Positions 1 through 8,557 of a DNA stretch of 64,000 bases are shown here, in pieces. The stretch is taken from contig NHDW01000004.1 in the NCBI GenBank assembly GCA_002170535.1, positions 250,190 through 314,189 on the forward strand. The letters run 5' to 3'. A model generated the notes under the pieces. That model made no database searches, was not told the origin of the DNA, and saw only the letters and a list, made by a program, of their open reading frames with translations. How positions within the stretch are numbered: position 1 is the stretch's first letter; each line of letters starts with the position of its first letter. Made by a program: the position numbers and the translations under genes. The stretch is from Methylococcaceae bacterium TMED69 (GTDB lineage Bacteria; Pseudomonadota; Gammaproteobacteria; Ga0077536).

Positions 1-624
1 CATGTCTAGCCCCATTGCCTGACTGTATTCAATGACTTTCATAAACACAGGGCGTAAACTTTCGAATTGGTCTATATGATAGCAATAGGGTTCAGTAACT
101 CCTCCATTTGGTTTTCCGTCTTCCCCGCGTTTTAGCCACATCATTTCTGGTTCTGTGCCTGCTCTTAACTCCATTCCGTACTTTTCCTTGAACCTTGAAT
201 GAGCCCTCTTGAGATTACCTCTACAATCGGAGGTCAGAAATGCACCCGGATTTTCACGTTCCTCTCTATTCCTAAAACACACGCAGTATACCCTTGCTAC
301 TCTTTTATCCCACGGTAGTTGGCAGAAGGTATCAGGGTCTGGGATACCGACTAACTCCATAGCTTCGGGTCCATAACCTATGTATTGATCATGTCTATCT
401 ATAAACAGGTTTGCAGTTGAGCCATAAACTAGTTGAAATCCTCTTGAGGCCGTTCTTTCCCAATGGTCTGCCGGTATTCCTTTTCCAACTATTCTGCCGG
501 TAACCGAAATAAACTGATAATAAATATATTGTATATTCAGCTCATTAATTTTACTTCTTACTTTTTTGACCAGTTCAGCTCTTTGTTTGTCAGCAACATA
601 TCTCTCAAGGTCGGTTTCACTCAC
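1..624 (-). CDS. Glutamine synthetase-family protein (probable gamma-glutamyl-amine ligase); 5' part only, runs off the left window edge
   Basis: Not in the ORF track. Hand translation from GTG at 624 (SD AGGGGA at 631-636) is open to base 1: MSETDLERYVADKQRAELVKKVRSKINELNIQYIYYQFISVTGRIVGKGIP...IPDPDTFCQLPW...SDCRGNLKR...GTEPEMMWL. GS beta-grasp N-terminus, PDxxT..LPW motif and GxExE metal-binding motif. Confidence 0.88.
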   Translation of the reverse strand, partial: MSETDLERYVADKQRAELVKKVRSKINELNIQYIYYQFISVTGRIVGKGIPADHWERTASRGFQLVYGSTANLFIDRHDQYIGYGPEAMELVGIPDPDTFCQLPWDKRVARVYCVCFRNREERENPGAFLTSDCRGNLKRAHSRFKEKYGMELRAGTEPEMMWLKRGEDGKPNGGVTEPYCYHIDQFESLRPVFMKVIEYSQAMGLDM

Positions 625-695
625 TCTAAGTCCCCTTATTTAAAAAATTAATAACCTGTGTAAACAGATAAAAATGGTAATTTGCGTTTTTTTAA

Positions 696-2033
696 TTAGC
701 TCCACGGGAAGGGGCTATTTGAAGTCGGATGCGATTCTTTTTCTTCGTATCTTGAAAACCTGAAAGGTGCCAACAATGAAGAAGGTTCTCCCATAAGCTT
801 TTCAGCCACAAGTTTTCCTACCCCCAACATTTTGTAGCCATGATTAGAATCGGCAATTATGTAACAGTTTTGTCGAAACTCGTCAAAAATAGGAAAACTA
901 TCAGGACTGAAAGCGCCTATGCCACCAGAGGGTTCTTTCTTGAATAGTCCTGACATACCTTCAAATCGTTTTTGACAGTGTGAGAGCGCACTACACCAAG
1001 AATAAGCGAAATCTGGGCCTACTACGAAATCGGGGGACGCAGGACCATAAGGATCCACCTTCACTGAGTCCGGTTCAGACTGAACTATAAAGGGTGCAGA
1101 ACCGCCCTGAATTCCTCCAAAATGAAAGTCTGGCTTGTAATAAATACCCCAAAGTTTCTCAGTAATCATTTCCCCCTCTTCACCCACAAGAGGAGCATCA
1201 GAGTCAACATGAATAACTGGTGGTTTGTCTCCTGAGTCGGTCTTCAGCATGTTTGGGTCCACTCCGAGAGTTCCTTCTTGAAGTGACCAGTAGATCCACA
1301 TAGGCACTTCTTTTTGCTTTCCGTCTTTTCCTGTAATTTTAACTGTTTTAGGAAGCTCTAGATGCTCCCAAATTGATTTAATCCAAGGCCCGGCTCCAAC
1401 TACGAGGTATTCGCAATTAATATCGCCCTTATCGGTTTCTAGAGCTTTAACTGCTTCTGATTGGTTGTCGAATTTAAACCCAGTAACCGTTACACCAGTA
1501 AGGATTTTGACACCCTCGTTTTCTGCTTTTTTTGCAAGACCGTAGACGGATTTACTGTTATTCGCGTATCCGCCACGCTTTTCATGTAGTACGGACGTAA
1601 TTCCTTGTGCTCTCCAATCTGAAAAAATCGATTTCATATATTCGGAGGAATCACTTGTTCCTTCAATAAACTCCGATTCATATCCTATCGCCCGCTGTTG
1701 TTCAAAAATTGAATTAACGTCTTGTCTCATACATTCTGGAGAGATTTGCATGTAACCAACTGGATGATAACTAAACGCTTCTGGATCGCTTTCCCATACT
1801 TCGACGCATTGAGCCATCAGCTCTCTCATTGCCGGTTGATAATAGTTATTTCTTACTACCCCGCATGCTATACCAGAGGCGCCAGCTCCTATTCCGCCCT
1901 TATCGATTACAAGAATATCAGCCCCATTTCCTTTGCCATTTTTTTTCAATTCAAGTGCTAAATGGTACGCCGTGCTTAAGCCGTGGATCCCTGCTCCAAT
2001 TATCGCATACTTGGTATTTTTAAAACTTGTCAT
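696..2033 (-). CDS. FAD-dependent oxidoreductase, DAO / sarcosine oxidase beta-like family
   Basis: N-terminal GAGIHG Rossmann motif, GASGIACG, C-terminal FSPDSFP and HGYKMLGVG, typical of DAO-family amine oxidases. Confidence 0.85.
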   Translation of the reverse strand: MTSFKNTKYAIIGAGIHGLSTAYHLALELKKNGKGNGADILVIDKGGIGAGASGIACGVVRNNYYQPAMRELMAQCVEVWESDPEAFSYHPVGYMQISPECMRQDVNSIFEQQRAIGYESEFIEGTSDSSEYMKSIFSDWRAQGITSVLHEKRGGYANNSKSVYGLAKKAENEGVKILTGVTVTGFKFDNQSEAVKALETDKGDINCEYLVVGAGPWIKSIWEHLELPKTVKITGKDGKQKEVPMWIYWSLQEGTLGVDPNMLKTDSGDKPPVIHVDSDAPLVGEEGEMITEKLWGIYYKPDFHFGGIQGGSAPFIVQSEPDSVKVDPYGPASPDFVVGPDFAYSWCSALSHCQKRFEGMSGLFKKEPSGGIGAFSPDSFPIFDEFRQNCYIIADSNHGYKMLGVGKLVAEKLMGEPSSLLAPFRFSRYEEKESHPTSNSPFPWS

Positions 2034-2111
2034 TTATAAAGACCTCTTACAGTGCTGCCCAGAGGTTAGATATACAGCTTAGAAACAATGGTTGCAAGTG
2101 GTTTGAGAGAA

Positions 2112-2627
2112 TTATTTTGTAGGTTTAAAAGTTAAGGCTAATCCGTTGTTACACCATCTTAGGAAAGTAGGAGCGGGCCCATCTTTAAAAACGTGTCCTT
2201 GATGACCTCCACAATTTCGGCAGTGGTATTCTGCGCGGGGAAAGAGTAATTTGAAATCTAGCCTTTTTGAGAGGCTTCCCTCGACATGATCGTAGAAAGA
2301 AGGCCAGCCAGTACCGCTATCGTATTTCATATCCGAAGTAAAAATTAGATTATCGCATTTTGCGCAATGATAGGTTCCCTTTCTATTTTCATATAACAAG
2401 TGGCTGGAAAAAGGGGGCTCAGTACCATTTTGCTCTAGTATTTTTTTTGCCTCTGTGCTTAAACCTATTGCTTGTTTGGTTTGGCTATTTGAAGGCTCCG
2501 AGTTAGCATCTATCTTATCGGTCTCACCAGCACTTATTTCTTTGGTCAGCTTTAGGATCATTGTGCTCAAGCCTAAAGCCAAAAAGAAAAATTTGATAAA
2601 AAATTTTCGCCGTCCAAAAGATTTCAT
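2112..2627 (-). CDS. msrB: Peptide-methionine (R)-S-oxide reductase with putative twin-arginine signal
   Basis: GTEPPF, two CxxC Zn motifs (CAKC, CRNC), SGTGWPSF, GHVFKDGP, RWCNNG; N-terminal GRRKFF followed by a hydrophobic stretch. Confidence 0.95.
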   Translation of the reverse strand: MKSFGRRKFFIKFFFLALGLSTMILKLTKEISAGETDKIDANSEPSNSQTKQAIGLSTEAKKILEQNGTEPPFSSHLLYENRKGTYHCAKCDNLIFTSDMKYDSGTGWPSFYDHVEGSLSKRLDFKLLFPRAEYHCRNCGGHQGHVFKDGPAPTFLRWCNNGLALTFKPTK

Positions 2628-4219
2628 TTCTCGGTTTCACCGGAAAGGTAGGTTTTGATGTAGTCGTCTAAATCATAATATTCACTCTCAGCTTCTAATT
2701 GACTCTGTTTTTTTTGTGATTGGCTATTTACGGACTCAAAATAAGAGGTTTTGTTAAGTCTTAGATAATCCTTGCTAATTTGTTCGGCATGTTGATTAGC
2801 TAAATCAAAATTGAAATCCTGATATTCTTGATGAGAATCTACTAACAGTTGATGAAATCTAGCGGAAGGTAGCAAGTCAGGATTTTTCAGTAAGTTCATT
2901 TGATTTTGTAGGGCTTGACTGTACTTTTTTGTTTGATATGAGCTATCTAAGGCTTCTCCGATAGGAATCATTTTTCGTAATAAATAATTCGACCAATCTA
3001 TAATGGAGATTTTTCTTTCACCTGTATTTTTTATAAGTGCTAAATTTGGTTGCCTACCCCTTAAAGCCACTGATAAGTCATTGTATTCTAAAACCTCATG
3101 TTCTGTCTCGGAAATAGGTGGGCTATTTTCTAGTAGGCAATAAATTAAAAAAATCTCACAAAAAAGCATGCAATCTTCATCAATACCGAAAGCATTGAAA
3201 GGATTAACGTCTAAACCTCTCATTTCGATATAGTCTATTCCATTTTTTTGAAGTGAGACAGAAGGTCTCTGACCCTCCAGTGCAGTTCCTTTTGGTCTGA
3301 TAGACGAATAGTACTCATTTTCTATTTGCAACAAGTTCGCGCTTAATTGGATTTGTTTGTTTTCTTCATAAATTCCGATCGCTTCATATTCGGGGTACGG
3401 TGTTTTCATTGCGGTTATTAGTGCATCTATGTATTGCTCCAAACTGTTTAAGTTGATTTTTAAATGAGATTGATTTTTGTTTTTATATCCAACATCACTC
3501 ATTCTGAGACTGGTACCATAAGGTGCTACAAGCGAATTTTCCATGATGGCTTTGAATCTGCTGCTTCTTTGGGGCAAATATGATTTACAACATGCGGGGG
3601 AGCTACCAAATAATAATAAAATTAACCATCCAAATCGAAGGTAATTTCTTGCCATACTCAAGTAAGTAGAATTTCTCCTCAAGTTTCCAGAATTATTTTC
3701 CCTAGCTGGAAATAATTCTTTTTCAAATTCCCAAAAACGTTCTGGTAGTGAATAATTAAAATGTATTCCGGCTATTGCCTGCATTCTTCTACCATATCTG
3801 TAGTCTAAGCCGAGTCTATAAATGTGCCGCATCCGCCCTGCGTTTGATTTACCATATTCTGCAATCGGTATATCTTTGTCGTCATTTATCTGGCAAGGCA
3901 TACTGTTGTTCCAAAGAACTTCATCTTGCGGAATCGTGCTTAGCGCAAAATTATGGATATCTTTCAAAAAATCGAGTGTTTTATCCGTGTTTTCAAAGGG
4001 TGGGGTGATGAATTCAGGCAGTGCTTCTGAATAATCGGTTGTTATATGAGGATTAGTTAGGGCAGATCCCCATTTACTCGGATGTGGGAGTCTTGATATA
4101 GAGCCTGATTGAGTGATTCGCAGGCTTTCCTTCTCAAGCCCTTTGAGTCCTTTACTTATAAAACGACTATTCTTGCCGGTTGTAAGTAATTTAATCTTTT
4201 CTTCAAAAGTTAAGCTCAT
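2624..4219 (-). CDS. gshA: Glutamate-cysteine ligase
   Basis: GLEKESLR, HITTDYSEAL, YGRRMQAIAGIHFNYS, TSLRMSDVGY, LQIENEYYSSIRPK motifs. Confidence 0.96.
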   Translation of the reverse strand: MSLTFEEKIKLLTTGKNSRFISKGLKGLEKESLRITQSGSISRLPHPSKWGSALTNPHITTDYSEALPEFITPPFENTDKTLDFLKDIHNFALSTIPQDEVLWNNSMPCQINDDKDIPIAEYGKSNAGRMRHIYRLGLDYRYGRRMQAIAGIHFNYSLPERFWEFEKELFPARENNSGNLRRNSTYLSMARNYLRFGWLILLLFGSSPACCKSYLPQRSSRFKAIMENSLVAPYGTSLRMSDVGYKNKNQSHLKINLNSLEQYIDALITAMKTPYPEYEAIGIYEENKQIQLSANLLQIENEYYSSIRPKGTALEGQRPSVSLQKNGIDYIEMRGLDVNPFNAFGIDEDCMLFCEIFLIYCLLENSPPISETEHEVLEYNDLSVALRGRQPNLALIKNTGERKISIIDWSNYLLRKMIPIGEALDSSYQTKKYSQALQNQMNLLKNPDLLPSARFHQLLVDSHQEYQDFNFDLANQHAEQISKDYLRLNKTSYFESVNSQSQKKQSQLEAESEYYDLDDYIKTYLSGETEK

Positions 4220-5685
4220 TATTCGCGCTGAAGACTCAATTTCAAATTATTTTGAGCTAATTGTGCTGCTTGAAATACAGCTTTCCCTTTATTAATTGTT
4301 TCCTCCCATTCAGATTCCGGTTGGGAATCAGCGACTACTCCACAACCTGCTTGAACATATAAAATTTTATTTTTAATTATTCCTGTTCTGATTGCTATGG
4401 CTGTATCCATTTCACCTGTCCATGAGATATACCCCACTGCGCCGCCATAGATTCCTCTTATTGATGGTTCTAGCTCATCGATTATTTCTATTGCACGAAT
4501 TTTTGGCGCCCCAGAAAGTGTGCCTACAGGAAGAGTGGCTCGCAGGATATCAAATGCATTTTTATCTTTTCTAAGCAGACCTTCTACATTTGACGAAATA
4601 TGCATCACGTGGGAAAAGCGTTCGATTACCATTTTTTCGGTTACCTCGACTGATCCAGTTGCGCATATTTTTCCAATGTCATTTCTTCCCAAATCTATTA
4701 ACATTAAATGTTCGGCTAGCTCTTTTGGATCGTTCAAAAGCTCAATTTCTAGTCTATTGTCTTCTTCTGGTGTTTGTCCTCTAGGCCGTGTTCCAGCTAA
4801 TGGCCTGGTTGTAACCAAATTATCTTCATATCTAACAAGAATCTCGGGAGAAGAGCCGACAATATGGAACTCACCAAAATCAAAATAAAAGAGATAGGGA
4901 GACGGATTTAAATATCTTAGCGCTCGGTAAAGATTTATTGGCTTCTCGTGAAATTCCGTCCAAAAACGTTGCGATAAAACTACTTGCATCGCATCACCTT
5001 CATTTATGTAATCTTTTATTCGGTCTACGGCGAGCAAAAAGTCTTCTTTTTTAAATTCAGATTTAATATCTAACTTTTTTTCGAATTGGGCATCAACAGA
5101 GGGGGGGGTTGGGCTAGCATTTTGACTCAAAGTTAAGCATATTTCTGCTATCGTATCTTCACTATTTTCTTTTGCACTGAGATCGCCTTTTTCGAAATAT
5201 TTCACTATGGTTAATTCGTTTTTAAGGTTATCGAAAACCACGAAGTTGTCTACGAATAAAAGTAATATATCAGGAGTTTCAAGATTATCTTTATGATTTA
5301 TAAAACCAAGCTTTTTCTCTGTGTATCTAACTGTGTCAAAGCTAAAGTAACCAACAAGGCCTCCGCAAAATCTAGGGAGATTCCCGGTATTTTTAACCGC
5401 AAAGTTGTTTTTATAATCTTCAATTATTTTAAGAGGATCATCTGTTTGAATGGTTTGCACAACAATATCATTTTCCAGAATTTTCAGTTCTTTGCCACGC
5501 ACAATAACGCTTTTTTTAGAAGCAAGCCCGATTACTGAATATCTACCCCATTTTTCTCCGCCTTCGACCGATTCTAACAGGAATGTATTTTTTTTATTAG
5601 CTAGTTTTAGATAAATACTAAGCGGAGTTTCTGTGTCTGCAATTATTTTTTTAATCGCAGGTTCCAAAGAAATAGTTTCTGTCAT
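4219..5685 (-). CDS. trpE: Anthranilate synthase component I
   Basis: LLESVEGGEKWGRYS, NPSPY, GSSPE, RPLAGT, AEHLMLIDLGRND, GTLSGAPK motifs. Confidence 0.95.
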   Translation of the reverse strand: MTETISLEPAIKKIIADTETPLSIYLKLANKKNTFLLESVEGGEKWGRYSVIGLASKKSVIVRGKELKILENDIVVQTIQTDDPLKIIEDYKNNFAVKNTGNLPRFCGGLVGYFSFDTVRYTEKKLGFINHKDNLETPDILLLFVDNFVVFDNLKNELTIVKYFEKGDLSAKENSEDTIAEICLTLSQNASPTPPSVDAQFEKKLDIKSEFKKEDFLLAVDRIKDYINEGDAMQVVLSQRFWTEFHEKPINLYRALRYLNPSPYLFYFDFGEFHIVGSSPEILVRYEDNLVTTRPLAGTRPRGQTPEEDNRLEIELLNDPKELAEHLMLIDLGRNDIGKICATGSVEVTEKMVIERFSHVMHISSNVEGLLRKDKNAFDILRATLPVGTLSGAPKIRAIEIIDELEPSIRGIYGGAVGYISWTGEMDTAIAIRTGIIKNKILYVQAGCGVVADSQPESEWEETINKGKAVFQAAQLAQNNLKLSLQRE

Positions 5686-5686
5686 C

Positions 5687-7192
5687 TCAAAGAGCCTTTA
5701 TTCCATTCTTGTTTCCTAGAATATAGGAACCCAATAAAGCTACGGTGGTATTTGGTAAAAGACCAATTAATCCAGCGTGAATTCCGTACACCTTACCATT
5801 TTCAACAAAGTTAAATCCACCAAATGGTAAAACCAAGGAAACTGCTAATCCACAAACCAGCCCCATCAGTACGGCCTGGCCATTTAATTTGTTACAATGA
5901 AGCCCAATTATAAAAGCTGGTATGAGTTGTACTAAGAGATCAATTTTTCTGTCTAAAAGCTGGATTAAGGATGTGTTATCTTTGAGTAGGAAACAAAAAC
6001 AGACAAGAATGAAAATCACACTCCACGATATCTTTTTTGAAGTCTTTAGTAAGTTTGATTGAGTTGCTTGCGATCTGAAAAAACGTTGAATAATGTCCTT
6101 TGTCGCCATGGATGATATTGACAATAGCGCAGAATCAGACGTTGACATCATTGCTGCCAAAACTGCTGACAATGTGACAATAACCATCATATAACCTAGC
6201 CCTGATCTGCTTGATATCTCCTTGAGAACCAAACCGAACGCTTTGTCTGTTTGAGGTCCTTCCAAACCTGGGAAGTAAGCGAGAGCGAAAATGCCAGCTG
6301 ACACCGCTATAAGCATTGTCGGTAAAGGCATGAAAGCCATTACAGACAAGCTTTTCCTAAGGTCTCTCTCGCTCCTTGATGCGAAAATTCTTTGAATAGC
6401 CTGTGGGTAAAGACATACTCCGAACCCGACGCTAATGATATAACTTCCCCACGATATTAATGTTTTTGTTTCTGGGATTTTTGCATAGTTAGTCCCTGTT
6501 TCTTGGTCTCTAGTTATTAAGATATTGGTAGCTTTTTCTAAACTACCAAAATTATCAAACATCAAAAGTAATAAAAAAAAGAACCCAAAAAATAATATTA
6601 TTCCCTGTATTACGTCTGTCCAAGCTACCGCTCTAATACCGCCAAGAGATCCGTAAATTACCATTATCAAGGCGAGGCCTAGCACGCCAAACTCAAAAGT
6701 ATTTGATCCCTCTATTGGAGATAATCCTTCTACGGCGCGTCCCATTGCAATGAGTTGGGCTATCACGAAATTGCACAAGACAATTATCATGATTAGGCAA
6801 ATTAGTAGGGTTAACAATCGATTATTGTAGCGATACTGAATAAAGTCGCAAGGGGTCAAAAACCTTTTGTCATTAGATAGCTTATAAAGCTTGAGGGCAA
6901 ATGTTAAGTAAGCTGCAACTACCGCAGTCATAAAATGCAGACAAAGTATCCAACTAAACCCGTTTCGATATGTTGCGCCAGTGAATCCAAAAAAAGTATT
7001 GCCACTGTACTGCGTGGCGAATAAAGTTAAAAATAATACTCCAAAACCAAACCCCTTTCCGGCAAGATAAAAGTCTGACAGGGTATCTTCTTTTAAAGAT
7101 TTTTTTGCGATGAAACCCAAGACGATTAATGAAACGAGATAAAAGATAATAAATAGTGAGCCACCTACTCCCAATGAAGGAAGATTATTCAT
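5687..7192 (-). CDS. Sodium:solute symporter (SSS, PanF-like), substrate unknown
   Basis: About 13 hydrophobic segments; DFYLAGK, GGIRAVAWTDVIQG, AAMMSTSDS signatures. Confidence 0.9.
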   Translation of the reverse strand: MNNLPSLGVGGSLFIIFYLVSLIVLGFIAKKSLKEDTLSDFYLAGKGFGFGVLFLTLFATQYSGNTFFGFTGATYRNGFSWILCLHFMTAVVAAYLTFALKLYKLSNDKRFLTPCDFIQYRYNNRLLTLLICLIMIIVLCNFVIAQLIAMGRAVEGLSPIEGSNTFEFGVLGLALIMVIYGSLGGIRAVAWTDVIQGIILFFGFFFLLLLMFDNFGSLEKATNILITRDQETGTNYAKIPETKTLISWGSYIISVGFGVCLYPQAIQRIFASRSERDLRKSLSVMAFMPLPTMLIAVSAGIFALAYFPGLEGPQTDKAFGLVLKEISSRSGLGYMMVIVTLSAVLAAMMSTSDSALLSISSMATKDIIQRFFRSQATQSNLLKTSKKISWSVIFILVCFCFLLKDNTSLIQLLDRKIDLLVQLIPAFIIGLHCNKLNGQAVLMGLVCGLAVSLVLPFGGFNFVENGKVYGIHAGLIGLLPNTTVALLGSYILGNKNGIKAL

Positions 7193-7361
7193 CAGTTTTA
7201 TCGCTAAGCAAAATTGCTATTGTAATTGAAGCGAGTACAGACATCGCGATGGCATTTAGAACCCACAAAGGCAGGCCGAAAAAAGTCGTTTCGAATCGTT
7301 CTACCCAAAACCAGGGGATCCCTAAGAAAAGAAATAAAAAAGGGAGGCATTTTCTAAACAT
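7185..7361 (-). CDS. Small 58-aa two-helix membrane protein, probable SSS accessory subunit (DUF3311/DUF997-like)
   Basis: Below ORF-track cutoff. Hand translation MFRKCLPFLFLFLGIPWFWVERFETTFFGLPLWVLNAIAMSVLASITIAILLSDKTDE*; PW...FGLPxW pattern; stop overlaps the symporter start by 8 bp. Confidence 0.8.
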   Translation of the reverse strand: MFRKCLPFLFLFLGIPWFWVERFETTFFGLPLWVLNAIAMSVLASITIAILLSDKTDE

Positions 7362-7378
7362 GTTGATTGGAATCTATT

Positions 7379-8557
7379 TTATCGACGTAAGACGTTTACT
7401 GCATTCGCCAGACCATCTGTTGTTAAAGGAAACATTCTTTCAGAAAAAATCTCTTTTACCATAGTTATCGATTGTATACTGTTCCAATATTGTATTGGTT
7501 GCGGATTGAGCCAAACAGCCTTTGGAAAATTTTTTAGCATTCGTGAAATCCAGGTGAACCCTGCTTCTTCATTCCAATGTTCGACGCTTCCACCGACTGA
7601 TCCTATTTCGTATGGGCTCATTGTCGCATCACCAACGAAAAATACTTTATAATTTGAATTAAAGGTGTTGATTATCTCGGTAGTTGGCACCCTAGAATTC
7701 ATACGCATACTATTATCCTTCCATAAAGATTCATAAATGAAATTGTGGAAATAATAATATTCGAGGTATTTAAATTCACTTTTCGCTGCAGAAAATAATT
7801 GTTCAGTGAGACGAATATATGGATCCATTGAGCCGCCTACGTCTAAGAATAGTAAGATTTTGATAGAATTTGTTTTCTCGGCTTCAAGTTTGAGATCAAG
7901 AAACCCCCCATTTTTTGCTGTTGAACTGATCGTATTGTCTAAGTCTAGTTGGTCTTTTATTCCGTGACGCGCTAATCTCCTCAATTGTCGAAGTGCAACT
8001 TTTATATTTCTGGTTCCGAGCTCGATATTTTCGTCGAGGTTTTTATAGACCCTTCTATCCCACACCTTCACAGCTGTTTTCTGACCATTTTGATGATCGC
8101 CGATTTTTACGCCTTCTGGATTGAAACCCTTACTACCAAAAGGGGAACGTCCGGCAGTACCAATCCATTTATTACCACCTTTGTGTTTTTTTGTTTGTTC
8201 TTCAAGTCTTTTTCTAAATTCTTCTAGAAGTTTTTCAAGTCCACCTAATGATTCGATTAATTTCTTCTCTTCTTCACTGAGCTGGAGGACGTCGGGATTC
8301 TCCAGCCATTCTAATGGTATTGATTCTAATATTTTTTCAATTGTTAACTCGTTCCCTTCTATATAATTAGAAAATACGAGATCGAAACGATCAAAGTGTT
8401 TTTCATCTTTGATCAAGCAGCTCCTCGCTAGATAGTAAAAGTTGTCAAGATCAATAGTTATAATATTTTTCTCTAGCGCCCTCAAAAGCATGAGGTACTC
8501 AGTTATAGATACGGGGATATCCGCATGCCGTAGGTCATCGAAAAATTTAGTTAGCAC
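7379..8557 (-). CDS. VWA (MIDAS-like) domain protein, MoxR partner (COG3825-like)
   Basis: LDVGGSMD, YFHN and FVGDATMSPYE motifs; overlaps the MoxR gene by 11 bp. Confidence 0.85.
   Translation of the reverse strand: MLTKFFDDLRHADIPVSITEYLMLLRALEKNIITIDLDNFYYLARSCLIKDEKHFDRFDLVFSNYIEGNELTIEKILESIPLEWLENPDVLQLSEEEKKLIESLGGLEKLLEEFRKRLEEQTKKHKGGNKWIGTAGRSPFGSKGFNPEGVKIGDHQNGQKTAVKVWDRRVYKNLDENIELGTRNIKVALRQLRRLARHGIKDQLDLDNTISSTAKNGGFLDLKLEAEKTNSIKILLFLDVGGSMDPYIRLTEQLFSAAKSEFKYLEYYYFHNFIYESLWKDNSMRMNSRVPTTEIINTFNSNYKVFFVGDATMSPYEIGSVGGSVEHWNEEAGFTWISRMLKNFPKAVWLNPQPIQYWNSIQSITMVKEIFSERMFPLTTDGLANAVNVLRR

Noticed and set aside
463-651. 62-aa plus-strand ORF
   Set aside because: Antisense shadow of the GS-like gene
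651-659. ATAACCTGT shared with 13691-13699 as a common regulator site
   Set aside because: A 9-mer match is expected by chance in 64 kb of AT-rich DNA, and flanks and orientation relative to the genes differ
7156-7464. 102-aa plus-strand ORF
   Set aside because: Antisense to the symporter start, the 58-aa membrane gene and the VWA end; no recognisable motifs
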